A stretch of DNA of 37,991 nt from a virus (taxonomy: Duplodnaviria; Caudoviricetes): the IMG/VR virus record IMGVR_UViG_3300028392_000144, positions 1 through 37,991 of that record. One strand, written 5' to 3'. Under the pieces are notes generated by a model. That model was not told the DNA's origin and searched no databases. It saw only the letters and a program-made list of their open reading frames with translations. The translations under genes and the position numbers were made by a program. This document shows positions 1 to 9,508 of the stretch, piece after piece (the stretch's first letter is position 1; each line of letters starts with the position of its first letter).

Positions 1-2
1 AC

Positions 3-230
3 GAAGGCACCAGCCAGTGGATGAAGAATCTCCGTGCAGGCGTCCGCTCGTTCATCACCCTTGGCTTCTTTGCCCTGCTGTGTTTTGTGGACATCGGCCT
101 GTTCATCTACGGCTACAACAACGGCGTCCAGTTCCCGGTCTTGGCCGAGAAGCTATGGGACTCCAACACCCAAGCGCTGTTCGCTTCGATTATTGCGTTT
201 CACTTTGGCGGTAGGGCGTTTGGCAAATGA
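3..230 (+). CDS. Holin, 5'-truncated (GTA_holin_3TM-like C-terminus)
   Basis: Frame is open from the window start (EGTSQWMKNLRAGVRS...). Two hydrophobic segments, ends FHFGGRAFGK, overlaps the endolysin start (ATGA). Confidence 0.7.
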   Translation, partial: EGTSQWMKNLRAGVRSFITLGFFALLCFVDIGLFIYGYNNGVQFPVLAEKLWDSNTQALFASIIAFHFGGRAFGK

Positions 231-703
231 AGGTCTCGGCCAAGGCCATTGAGGTCATCAAGCACCACGAAGGCGTACGCCAGCGTGCATACCGGTGTCC
301 AGCTAAGCTGTGGACCGTGGGGGTAGGGCACGTGCTCTATCCCGAGCAGGGTCGGCTAAAGCTGGAAGAGCGGGACGGGTTTGCACTGCGCCCCGAGGAC
401 AATAGGGTTTTCCCTATGGAGGAAGTGGATGGAATACTTGCAGCAGATTTGGCTAGATTTGAGCGCGGGGTTGAGCAGTTCTGTCCTGTCAGCCTTACAC
501 AAGGTATGTTTGATGGCCTTGTCAGTTTTGCTTTTAACGTTGGCCTTGGGACACTCCAGCGTTCTACGCTTCGCCAAAAACTGCTTCGCGGCGATAAGGC
601 GGGCGCTGCGGACGAGTTCTTGAAGTATTGCATGGCTGGGGGTAAAATCCTCAAAGGGCTGCAAAATCGCCGCATAGATGAACGCGCTTTATTCCTCTCC
701 TAG
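227..703 (+). CDS. Endolysin, GH24 phage lysozyme
   Basis: HEG...AYRC...WTVGVGH gives an E-x8-C-x5-T catalytic pattern; also FDGLVSFAFNVG and GLQNRR..ERALF. Confidence 0.95.
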   Translation: MKVSAKAIEVIKHHEGVRQRAYRCPAKLWTVGVGHVLYPEQGRLKLEERDGFALRPEDNRVFPMEEVDGILAADLARFERGVEQFCPVSLTQGMFDGLVSFAFNVGLGTLQRSTLRQKLLRGDKAGAADEFLKYCMAGGKILKGLQNRRIDERALFLS

Positions 704-711
704 GATACCTC

Positions 712-1353
712 ATGGCAACCACGGCATACGCTCTGACTTACGACAATCTGACAAGTCTGGTGCTCCAGTACCTTGAGCGCAGCGACGCCGCCGTCGTTAA
801 TTTCATCCCCACGGCCATCATGCTGGCCGAATTTGAGATTGCCGAGAACATCAAGACCTTAGGCCAGATGATCGTGGCCGACGGCACCATGACCGCAGGC
901 AACCCGGTCATCGCCAAACCAGCCTTGTGGCGCAAGACGGTGTCCATGACGCTGACTACCACCGCTGGTGAAAAACAGCCCGTCTACCTGCGCAAGCTGG
1001 AGTACCTCAGCAGCTACGCGACAGACGTAACGGCCACGGGCACGCCGCTGTACTACTCGGACTACGACTATGACCACTGGTTCGTGGCGCCCACACCGAG
1101 CGCCAACTTTGCTTTTGAGGCGTTGTGCTATACCCGCTTGACGCCTTTGTCCTCCAGCAACCAAACCAACTGGTTGACCCGTAACGCGCCCAACGCTTTG
1201 CTGTTTGGCACGCTCAAGCAGACCGCGCCTTTCCTCAAGGACGATGCGCGCCTCGCGGTCTGGACCCAGATCTTTGATACCGCGATTGGCGCCCTCAAGC
1301 TCGAGGACCAACTGCGCGTCGGTGACCGCCAAGCTATTGTTCAGGACTCCTAA
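712..1353 (+). CDS. Putative head-tail adaptor protein
   Basis: TY..L...V..YL.R N-terminus, TGTPLYY and TNWLT.NAPNALLFGTL motifs resemble phage adaptors; first gene of the tail block. Confidence 0.65.
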   Translation: MATTAYALTYDNLTSLVLQYLERSDAAVVNFIPTAIMLAEFEIAENIKTLGQMIVADGTMTAGNPVIAKPALWRKTVSMTLTTTAGEKQPVYLRKLEYLSSYATDVTATGTPLYYSDYDYDHWFVAPTPSANFAFEALCYTRLTPLSSSNQTNWLTRNAPNALLFGTLKQTAPFLKDDARLAVWTQIFDTAIGALKLEDQLRVGDRQAIVQDS

Positions 1354-1355
1354 CC

Positions 1356-2624
1356 ATGACGACATACACCAACCCCTTTACCGGGCAGACGATCAACCCA
1401 TCGTCGGTCAGCTACGAGTCGCTGTCGATCACGACTAACACGACGCTGGACTGGCCAATTAACGGCACCACGGGCATCCCGGCCAGCAACATCATCGACA
1501 TCACGGCCACCGCTGGCCTGTCTTTAACGTTGCCTCCAGCGTCGCAGGTCTCCACTGGCCAGACCATCCTGATCCGCAACATCGGCAGCAACCCCATCAC
1601 GGTCCGGGGCTACAGCACGGACAACACTGGCCCCACAGTGGTGTCCATTGCCTCGGGCGTGGCCAACTACATCTACCTGACCAATAACTCTACCGATGCG
1701 GGTACGTGGGCCACCGTGGTGCTCGGCGCCGGTACCTCATCGGCCAATGCGGCCACCCTCGCCGGGTACGGCTTGCAGGCCATCGGCACCACGCTGAACC
1801 AGATCTACTCGGTGGACAACTACTACTCCAATGCGACTTTGCCAGCGACCGAGCAAGCGCACTTTGTGGTCTGGAGCAGCGGCGCAGGCACCCTGACACT
1901 TCCATCAGCGGGAACCGTGGGCGCTGGCTGGTTCTGCCAGATCCGCAACAACGGCACCGGCATCCTGACCATCTCGCCCGCCGGTACGGACACCATCGAC
2001 GGCAACTCGAACCAGCAGCTCCAGCTTACCGAGTCGCTGGTGATCGTCTCTAACGGCACCGGCTGGAACACGTTCGGCTACGGCCGCTCTAACAGCTTTG
2101 CGTACACATTGCTGTCCCTCTCGGTTACCGGCGGCACCACAACCCTGAGCGCCACGCAGGCGGCAAACACCATCCAGATCTACGCCGGGACATTGACGTC
2201 CAACCAGATCATTGTTGTCCCGTCCACGGTACAACTGTACTCAATCACCAACAACACCACGGGCTCGTACACCTTCACCGTGAAGACGGCGGTAGGCGGC
2301 GGCGCTACGGTGGTGGTATCCCAAAGCTCTACTGTCATCTTGGTGTGCGATGGCACCAATGTCTACGCAGCGTCTGGCACAGGCGGTGGCGGCGGCTCCA
2401 GTTCGTTCTCAAGTATTACTCTAGGCAACGGCTCTACGTCCGTGCCCTCGCTTAAATTTACGGGTGACGTCAACTCCGGCATCTATCTGCCTTCTACCAG
2501 CCAAGTAGGCATGGTTGCGAACAACACGCAGGTTGGCTACTGGGACACCACTGGCCTGACCATGGCCGGGGTAGGCAAGTTTGGTAGCGGCGTGACTGGC
2601 GGCATCGCCGGGGGTACGTTCTAA
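1356..2624 (+). CDS. Virion structural / tail fibre-like protein
   Basis: Thr/Ser/Gly-rich beta-type sequence with repeated LTLP.A...G....IRN.G modules and a C-terminal GS.SVPSL.F.GD.NSGIY motif seen in tail fibres. Confidence 0.65.
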   Translation: MTTYTNPFTGQTINPSSVSYESLSITTNTTLDWPINGTTGIPASNIIDITATAGLSLTLPPASQVSTGQTILIRNIGSNPITVRGYSTDNTGPTVVSIASGVANYIYLTNNSTDAGTWATVVLGAGTSSANAATLAGYGLQAIGTTLNQIYSVDNYYSNATLPATEQAHFVVWSSGAGTLTLPSAGTVGAGWFCQIRNNGTGILTISPAGTDTIDGNSNQQLQLTESLVIVSNGTGWNTFGYGRSNSFAYTLLSLSVTGGTTTLSATQAANTIQIYAGTLTSNQIIVVPSTVQLYSITNNTTGSYTFTVKTAVGGGATVVVSQSSTVILVCDGTNVYAASGTGGGGGSSSFSSITLGNGSTSVPSLKFTGDVNSGIYLPSTSQVGMVANNTQVGYWDTTGLTMAGVGKFGSGVTGGIAGGTF

Positions 2625-5600
2625 TGACCCAAAAAGTCGTGTCCATGGAGGTCCCGCCGGGTATCCAGCGGGATGGTACGGTATTTGATTCACCGTGCTT
2701 TGTGGACGGCAAGTGGGTCCGGTTCCAACGTGGGCGTCCGCGCAAGATTGGCGGGTATGACGGCATCTTTTTGAACGCATCTGGCATCTCTCGCGGCATG
2801 GCCATGACGGCGGTAAACGGGTTCAACTACGTGGTCTCTGGCTACAGCAACGGCCTACAGCAGTGGATTACTGGTCCTAGCGGCGGCGTAGGCTCCGGCC
2901 CGTACAACTACAGCCTGAGCAATTTCACAAACAACCCAGATAACCTGTGGCAATTTGATATCGCCTACGATAGCACCGGCAACAACACCAACAACTTGGT
3001 GGCGCACCCCGGGCAGAACCTGTCCTACATAACGTCCACCGTTAACACTCCGGTGCTGTACGGCACGTTCCCCGGCTCTACCGGTAGCCTGACCATGTCC
3101 AAGGTGGGCGTATTTACTGCCTCGGCTAACACCACCAATGGCAGTCCTACCCTGACCTTATTGGCCAATAATGTGCGAGTCGGCGCTGGTCAAACTATTA
3201 CGGGCACCGGTATCCCTGCCAATACCACGGTGTCCTCAGTGGTTGGCACGACGGTCACGATGTCCAATAGCGCCACGGCTTCTACCACAACCGGCCTGTC
3301 CGGCGTGTACATGACCAGCACAACGGGCTCTTTTGCCTGTACTGCAACTTCTGGGCTGGCCACGGGCCAGTTAATAAATATCAGCGGCTCCACGTCTACT
3401 ACGTCTTTGGGTAGTTTGTACGCTACCAGCACTTCTGGTTTGTTCAGTTACACCAGCGGGACCAATTTAGCTGTTGGCCAAGCCATTACCGTCAACGGCA
3501 CCACCACAAATACGTCCTTGGCCAACGTGTACGCCACATCTACGGCGGGGGCGTTTGCATGCTCGGCATCCACTACGGCCCTCAGCGTTGGCCAACAAGT
3601 TACTTTTAGCGGGACTTCAACGGACACAACAGTTAGCAACGTCTACGCCACCGGCACTGCTGGAAACTTTTCTTGCACCAATCCCGGCATTGCATTGCAA
3701 GTTGGCCAGACAATGACCCTGAGCGGCACCACAACGGCTACGGCACTGAGCAATGTTTACTCAACGGGCGCCAACGGAATATTTGTGTGCAACACGTCGG
3801 CTACCCTGCTGCAGGTTGGCCAGACGCTGACGGTCAGCGGCACCGCCAGCACCACGGCTTTGACTGGAGTGGTGATCACGGGCACGGGCGGCACGTTTTC
3901 TTGTACAGCTTCCGGTACAACCCTGTATGTCGGGCAGCCTGTTGTAATCAGCGGTACCTTTGGCGGATCTGGCTCTATCAGCGGCTACGCTAACCCAACA
4001 ACTTATTACATTATTGCCACAAACGGCTCGACAACATTTACCCTGTCGGCGACCTTGGGCGGCGGGGCGGTCACAACCGTTGCAGGTACCCCCACGGGCG
4101 TCACATACACCCTTAGCGCCGCAACGCTATCTGGTTACAGCAGCCCGACCACGTACTACATCATTGCCACCGATGGCGTGTCTACGTTTCAGCTCTCCAC
4201 GACTTCGGGCGGTTCGGCCATCACAACAACGGTGGGCGCTACCACCAGTTTGGGATTTACGGCCAACGCCACGGCAATTACTGGATACGCAAACCCAACG
4301 GCGTACTACATCATCGCTACCAATGGCGGGACCACATTCCAGTTGTCCACAACCGCAGGCGGATCGCCGATTACGACTACATTGGGGCCAACCACCGGCC
4401 TTACGTTTTCCGCGAAGGCCTTGGCCATCGCGGGCTACACCAGCCCCACAACGTACTACATCATCGCCACCAACGGATCGACGACGTTCACGCTGTCGAC
4501 CACGGCCAACGGATCAGCGGTGACCACGGGGGTCGGCCCCGCTACCGGGCTCACGGTGACGTCTTTGGCTACGGCGATAACAGGGTATACCAGCCCCAAG
4601 ATCTACTACGTCATCGTTACCAACGGCACAAGCAATTTTCAGCTTTCGGCCACCTCGGGCGGCAGCGCGATAACGACAACCATCGGCCCGGCTACCGGTC
4701 TGTCCTTCCTGCTCAACGCCCCCTCGGTCCTTAGCAGTGTGGCCATTACGGGCACGGCTGGACAGTTCTCCTGCGCCGCAGCACCGGTTACGTTGGTGAC
4801 GGGCCAGCCCGTGGTGATCAGTGGCACGCTGGGCGGCACTGGGTCGATTACCGGTTACGTGAACCCCACGACCTACTACATCATCGCCACCAACGGCTCG
4901 ACGACCTTTACGTTGTCAGCGTCCTTGGGCGGCGCGGCCATAACGACGACCGCCGGTACGCCAACGGGGCTGACTTACACGCTGTCTGCGGCCTCAATCC
5001 CCGGCTACACGGGGTCCAACAGCTACTACATCATCGCCACAAACGGGACCTCGACGTTCCAAATAGCTGCTACTTTGGGCGGCGCGGCGCTGACCACGGT
5101 GATCGGCACCACGACCAACCTGACTTTCTCGGTGTCTGCGCCTATCACGGCCACCTTTGACAACAACATCGCCGTCTCCGGCGGCTGCGTGGTGATCCAC
5201 CCGTACCTGTTCGTGTACGGCAACAACGGCCTGATCCAGAACTCCAGCGCTGGCGACTTCTCCAACTGGGTCGCGGCGGACGCCAACGCCAACAATGTAG
5301 CCACCGGCAAGATCGTCAAGGGGCTACCTATCCGTGGCGGCTCCACGTCGCCCTCTGGCCTGTTCTGGGCCGCTGACGCCCTGATCCGCGTGAGCTTCCA
5401 GCCCTCCACTGTGGGTGGCGTGAACTACTACTGGGGCTACGACTTGGTAAGCAGCCAGACCTCGATCATGTCATCGAGCAGCGTGATTGAGTACGACGGC
5501 ATCTTCTATTGGGCCGGCGTGGATCGCTTCCTGATGTACAACGGCGTGGTCCAAGAGATCCCCAACAACAACAACCAGAACTTCTTCTTTGACAACATTA

Positions 5601-6244
5601 ACCTTAACCAGCGCCAAAAGGTCTGGTGTACCAAGGTCCCTCGTTGGGGCGAGATCTGGTGGTTCTACCCCAAGGGCGATGCCACCGAATGCACCGACGC
5701 TGTCATCTACAACGTGCGCGACAAGACGTGGTACGACGCCGGACAGGCCGTAGGCGCCCGGCGCTCTGCCGGCGTGTTCTCGGAGGTGTTTCCCAAGCCC
5801 ATCTGGGGTGGCAACGAGGTAAATTCATCGGGCACGTACACCCTGTGGCAGCACGAGACAGGCGTGGATCAGGTCTACTTGACCAACGTGGACGCCATCC
5901 AGAGCTACTTTGAGACCTACAGCGTCGGCACCCTCGGCGGCCTCGTTGGGACCCAGCAGCAGCCCGGCGACAACCTGTGGACCCGCATTGAGCGCATCGA
6001 ACCCGACTTTGTGCAGGTCGGCGACATGACCGTGGTGGTCACCGGTCAGGGCTACGCTGAAGACGTCATCGTCGAGTCCGATCCCTACACGTTCTCGCCG
6101 ACCACGCTCAAGATTGACATGCGTGAGCAGCGCCGCGAGATGCGCCTGCGCTTTGAGAGCAACACGTTCAACGGCAATTATCAGACGGGCCGGGTGATCC
6201 TGTCCCTGACCACCGGCGACGTCCGCAGCACGGGCAACCCATGA
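2624..6244 (+). CDS. Tail nozzle / DNA-stabilisation-like protein with large internal repeat insertion
   Basis: N-terminal WVRF.RGRPRKIGG and aromatic-rich C-terminal region (EIWWFYP, VIYN...WY) resemble podoviral P22 gp10-like proteins; about 600 aa of repeats inserted. Confidence 0.65.
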   Translation: MTQKVVSMEVPPGIQRDGTVFDSPCFVDGKWVRFQRGRPRKIGGYDGIFLNASGISRGMAMTAVNGFNYVVSGYSNGLQQWITGPSGGVGSGPYNYSLSNFTNNPDNLWQFDIAYDSTGNNTNNLVAHPGQNLSYITSTVNTPVLYGTFPGSTGSLTMSKVGVFTASANTTNGSPTLTLLANNVRVGAGQTITGTGIPANTTVSSVVGTTVTMSNSATASTTTGLSGVYMTSTTGSFACTATSGLATGQLINISGSTSTTSLGSLYATSTSGLFSYTSGTNLAVGQAITVNGTTTNTSLANVYATSTAGAFACSASTTALSVGQQVTFSGTSTDTTVSNVYATGTAGNFSCTNPGIALQVGQTMTLSGTTTATALSNVYSTGANGIFVCNTSATLLQVGQTLTVSGTASTTALTGVVITGTGGTFSCTASGTTLYVGQPVVISGTFGGSGSISGYANPTTYYIIATNGSTTFTLSATLGGGAVTTVAGTPTGVTYTLSAATLSGYSSPTTYYIIATDGVSTFQLSTTSGGSAITTTVGATTSLGFTANATAITGYANPTAYYIIATNGGTTFQLSTTAGGSPITTTLGPTTGLTFSAKALAIAGYTSPTTYYIIATNGSTTFTLSTTANGSAVTTGVGPATGLTVTSLATAITGYTSPKIYYVIVTNGTSNFQLSATSGGSAITTTIGPATGLSFLLNAPSVLSSVAITGTAGQFSCAAAPVTLVTGQPVVISGTLGGTGSITGYVNPTTYYIIATNGSTTFTLSASLGGAAITTTAGTPTGLTYTLSAASIPGYTGSNSYYIIATNGTSTFQIAATLGGAALTTVIGTTTNLTFSVSAPITATFDNNIAVSGGCVVIHPYLFVYGNNGLIQNSSAGDFSNWVAADANANNVATGKIVKGLPIRGGSTSPSGLFWAADALIRVSFQPSTVGGVNYYWGYDLVSSQTSIMSSSSVIEYDGIFYWAGVDRFLMYNGVVQEIPNNNNQNFFFDNINLNQRQKVWCTKVPRWGEIWWFYPKGDATECTDAVIYNVRDKTWYDAGQAVGARRSAGVFSEVFPKPIWGGNEVNSSGTYTLWQHETGVDQVYLTNVDAIQSYFETYSVGTLGGLVGTQQQPGDNLWTRIERIEPDFVQVGDMTVVVTGQGYAEDVIVESDPYTFSPTTLKIDMREQRREMRLRFESNTFNGNYQTGRVILSLTTGDVRSTGNP
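3296..5134 (+). repeat. Nested coding repeat array: 7 type-A and 7 type-B half-domain repeats
   Basis: A units start at 3296, 3407, 3518, 3632, 3746, 3860, 4730. B units (GY..PTTYYIIATNG.TTF.LS.T.GG) start at 3983, 4133, 4283, 4433, 4583, 4853, 5003. Confidence 0.9.
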
Positions 6245-6474
6245 TCTACCCACGCGAAGTCTACGACCCCCGCAATCTCACTTGGGATTACTGGTGCGCA
6301 CTCATGTCCGAGCTATTTGCGGCCAACCAACTTGGTACCGTGCCGGAAGAGCAGTGGCAGGACTGGGCCAACGCCATCGCCGGCATCGGGCGCTTTGCCG
6401 GTGCGCCGGATGGCCGCAACTTTGCAACATGGCAAGATTGGGCGCAGGCGCTCAACAACGCCTTGAGGAAATAA
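6241..6474 (+). CDS. Small Trp-rich hypothetical protein in structural block
   Basis: Start overlaps the upstream stop (ATGA); 77 aa with repeated WQDWA motif. Confidence 0.75.
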   Translation: MIYPREVYDPRNLTWDYWCALMSELFAANQLGTVPEEQWQDWANAIAGIGRFAGAPDGRNFATWQDWAQALNNALRK

Positions 6475-6475
6475 T

Positions 6476-9400
6476 ATGCCCGGTGGAAGCAGACCAGAAG
6501 ACGTAGCAGCAGCGCCCGCGTATGTATCACAGGATACACCCGGGGCTTTGCCGGTGTACGGGGGCAAAGACGGCCAACTGCTTTTGGGGTATCAGGTCCC
6601 AGATTCCTACACACAGTCGCAAGCTCTTGCAGCGCAAACCGCAGCTAATTTAGCCGCTGGCCCAAGTGCGCCGGGGCAGGTGTGGATGGACGCGCCGACG
6701 GCGGCTGATATCGCGCATGGCAATGCCCAGCCCCGAGCAGGTATGTGGGTAACTCCGGGTAGAGGCGGCCTTGCGGGTATTTTGGACGCCGTTGTGGATA
6801 TGGAGCACACGTTCCAGCCAATTATTCTTGCAGTGATGAGTGGCGGCGCTTTAGGCGCTGAAGGTGTTTTGGCCAGCAGAATAGTCAATGCAGGCGCAGC
6901 ACTTCAAAGAGGCGACACATTAGGCGGATTATCGCAATTAGCTGGCATCGCGGCAACGAATGGCGTTACGGCCATGCAAAATGTCGCCACTGGACTTGGT
7001 GTCGCAAAGGCCGTCGTCAATGGCGATTTGACGTCTCTAGTTACTGGGGCGCTGCGAAATACGGATATCGGCAGGGGCATAGGTTCAACCGAAATACTGC
7101 CAGATCTGAATGTTACTGGCGCATTGAATTTGGCATCAGCGGTTACCGGGCTCACCAGTAGAAACCCACGTACTGTTATAAATTCAATTGTTGACTTGCA
7201 AGATCGTGTCCCAGATCTTTTTAATTCGGTTACTTCTGCCGTTACTGGCGGCGGCGGTGGCTTGGACACGTTAAATGACATTGTGGATACCGTATCAGGC
7301 GGCCCGGGTGGTGATTTTATTACTGGTGGCGCCAGCAACGATTCCGTTACTGGCGGTGGAGGCCTCGACAGAGTTACGGTTTCCGGCACTAACGGCGTTA
7401 CTGGCACCGATGCAATTGACACCATCTTGGGCAACTTGGGAACCACTAGGTCCCTTGGGGGAACCCCCACCGTCCTAAACGAGGTGACCACGACTGGAAG
7501 CTGCCCTAACGGACAAGTTAGAAACCCGCTCACCGGTAGGTGCGAAGACATAACCAATATTCTTTCGGGCATAAATGTTACGGGCACACAAGACGTTAGC
7601 AATAATGTTTTGGACAGCGTAACTACGACTGGGTCATGCCCTCCGGGTCAAGTTAGAAATCCAATTACCAAAAAATGCGAGGATGTATCGAACATTCTTT
7701 CTGGCGTAACCGTTACTGGAACTTGCCTTCCCACTGAGCATAAAGATCCAGTGACGGGGGCATGCGTGCCTAATACTGGCGCTCTTGAAACGGTAGAGGT
7801 TGCGGGCAAATGCCTGCCCGGATACGTTAAAAATCCCGTGACAGGCGTTTGCGAGCTTGCCCCGCTCACTGTTGACGAGCTCCCGCCTTTGCCTTCAGCT
7901 ACAAAGATATGCGGCATTAATCAACACCTAGACCCAGTCACCAACGAGTGTGTTAATAATACTGTTGTTGACAATTCTTGCCCTCCGGGCCAAGAGAGAG
8001 ATCCGATCACAAAAGAATGTGTATTGAAAAAAGTAGAGGTTACTGGATCTTGTACTGACCTAGGACCAACTTTTTACAAAGACCCAGTCACGGGTAAATG
8101 CGTTGATGGGGCTGTTAAAGAATGCCAACCGGGCTACCATCCCCATCCGGTTACTGGTGAATGTGTACAAGATAGCTGCCCCTCTGGTCAAAAAAGAGAT
8201 CCAGTCACTGGTGAGTGCAAGCCAATTATTATTGATACGTCTTGCCCATCCGGTCAGCATAGAGACGATACAACTGGCGAATGTGTGTTAGATGCGTGCC
8301 CTTCTGGTCAGGAAAGAGATCCTAATACTCTTCAATGTGTGACGGTTACCGGCCATTGTTCTGACCTTGGTCCCGGCTATTACAAAGACCCCGTTACGGG
8401 CAAATGCGTCAAAGACGAAGAACCTGTTATCGAATGCAAACCCGGATACCATCCACATCCAGTTACCGGAGAGTGCGTTCAAGATAGTTGCCCTGCTGGC
8501 CAAACACGGGACCCCGTAACTGGCGAGTGCAAGCCCATTGTGATTGACACGTCTTGCCCTACTGGCCAGCACAGGGATACCGTGACCGGTCAATGTGTAC
8601 CAAACACGACCACCACGACCACCACTACCCCGGTGCTGCCAGTTACGCCAACCCCGGTTACGCCTACGCAGACTGGCGGTCTGCCAACCTACACAGACGC
8701 CGCTGGCATCCCCGGCAAAGTATTAACACTAGGAAAAATGGGTAACCTTATGCGCTACGAAGAAGGCCTAAAACAACTTGATGTGCCCACCATGCAGCAC
8801 TGGTCTGATATGGCCGACATGGCCTTGCCAACCGCCGATGTGAGCAAGGCAGCGGCAGCACTGGCCCAGTATGCTCCAGACGCTGAAAAGGACGTTATCC
8901 CCAGCTTCTACGCCCATGGCGGCGCGGTGCAGCACTTTGCTGATGGCGCCCAGCCCGATGCCGCTGCGCTGAGCGACGCCTACGCCCGCCGGGACTTGAT
9001 GGACGCCTTCAAAAACCTTGGCAACATCGGCTCGGGGCTAGAGCCCCTCAAGCCCAAGGTCTTCCAGATGGGCCAGATGGGTACCCCTTACCAGCCCAAA
9101 ACATTGCAGCAGATGTCGGTGATCCCCCAGCTCGCGGCGCTCTTGCAGTCTCGCGGCATGAAGCTGGCCGAGGGTGGCCGGGCTGACCACGAGCACCCAG
9201 AGTATGACGGCACCCCGGTGTTCCGCACCGGTGGCCTAGACGGGCTGGGCGGCAAGTACGTGGAAGGCAAGGGCGACGGCACCAGCGACGACATCACGGC
9301 CATGCTGGCCAACGGTGAGTACGTCTTCAGCGCCGATGTGGTTTCCGCGCTCGGAAACGGGTCAAACAAGGCCGGAGCCAAGGAACTGGACCACATGGTG

Positions 9401-9508
9401 CAGGCAATCCGCGCAAGGGCACGCTCGGCCCCTCCTGACAAGCTCCCACCGGATGCCAAGTCGCCGTTAGAATACCTCAAGTCCTCGAAAGGCAGCAAAC
9501 ATGGCTGA
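6476..9508 (+). CDS. Putative internal virion / ejection protein with Cys-rich repeats
   Basis: Lies between tail and ejection-like genes. C-terminal GDGTSDDI.AMLANGEYVF motif resembles the TSDSIPA.LS.GE.V motif of phage tape-measure/internal proteins. Confidence 0.6.
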   Translation: MPGGSRPEDVAAAPAYVSQDTPGALPVYGGKDGQLLLGYQVPDSYTQSQALAAQTAANLAAGPSAPGQVWMDAPTAADIAHGNAQPRAGMWVTPGRGGLAGILDAVVDMEHTFQPIILAVMSGGALGAEGVLASRIVNAGAALQRGDTLGGLSQLAGIAATNGVTAMQNVATGLGVAKAVVNGDLTSLVTGALRNTDIGRGIGSTEILPDLNVTGALNLASAVTGLTSRNPRTVINSIVDLQDRVPDLFNSVTSAVTGGGGGLDTLNDIVDTVSGGPGGDFITGGASNDSVTGGGGLDRVTVSGTNGVTGTDAIDTILGNLGTTRSLGGTPTVLNEVTTTGSCPNGQVRNPLTGRCEDITNILSGINVTGTQDVSNNVLDSVTTTGSCPPGQVRNPITKKCEDVSNILSGVTVTGTCLPTEHKDPVTGACVPNTGALETVEVAGKCLPGYVKNPVTGVCELAPLTVDELPPLPSATKICGINQHLDPVTNECVNNTVVDNSCPPGQERDPITKECVLKKVEVTGSCTDLGPTFYKDPVTGKCVDGAVKECQPGYHPHPVTGECVQDSCPSGQKRDPVTGECKPIIIDTSCPSGQHRDDTTGECVLDACPSGQERDPNTLQCVTVTGHCSDLGPGYYKDPVTGKCVKDEEPVIECKPGYHPHPVTGECVQDSCPAGQTRDPVTGECKPIVIDTSCPTGQHRDTVTGQCVPNTTTTTTTTPVLPVTPTPVTPTQTGGLPTYTDAAGIPGKVLTLGKMGNLMRYEEGLKQLDVPTMQHWSDMADMALPTADVSKAAAALAQYAPDAEKDVIPSFYAHGGAVQHFADGAQPDAAALSDAYARRDLMDAFKNLGNIGSGLEPLKPKVFQMGQMGTPYQPKTLQQMSVIPQLAALLQSRGMKLAEGGRADHEHPEYDGTPVFRTGGLDGLGGKYVEGKGDGTSDDITAMLANGEYVFSADVVSALGNGSNKAGAKELDHMVQAIRARARSAPPDKLPPDAKSPLEYLKSSKGSKHG
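7502..8596 (+). repeat. 15 two-cysteine repeats, consensus C-P-x-G-[QY]-x-[RK]-[DN]-P-x-T-G-x-C
   Basis: Counted in the translation. Includes a higher-order duplication of the block C(T/S)DLGP...ECxPGYHPHPVTGEC...IDTSCP. Confidence 0.9.

Noticed and set aside
402-417. ATAGGG-TTTT-CCCTAT palindrome, loosely similar to CTAGGGAAAGTACCTAG at 21195-21211
   Set aside because: Only two dissimilar copies, both within coding sequence; not enough to call an operator family.
3983-5134. 150-nt periodic repeats as a CRISPR array or DGR template/variable repeats
   Set aside because: Repeats are in-frame coding units with synonymous divergence, no spacers and no evident adenine-specific variation; no reverse transcriptase or cas operon seen.
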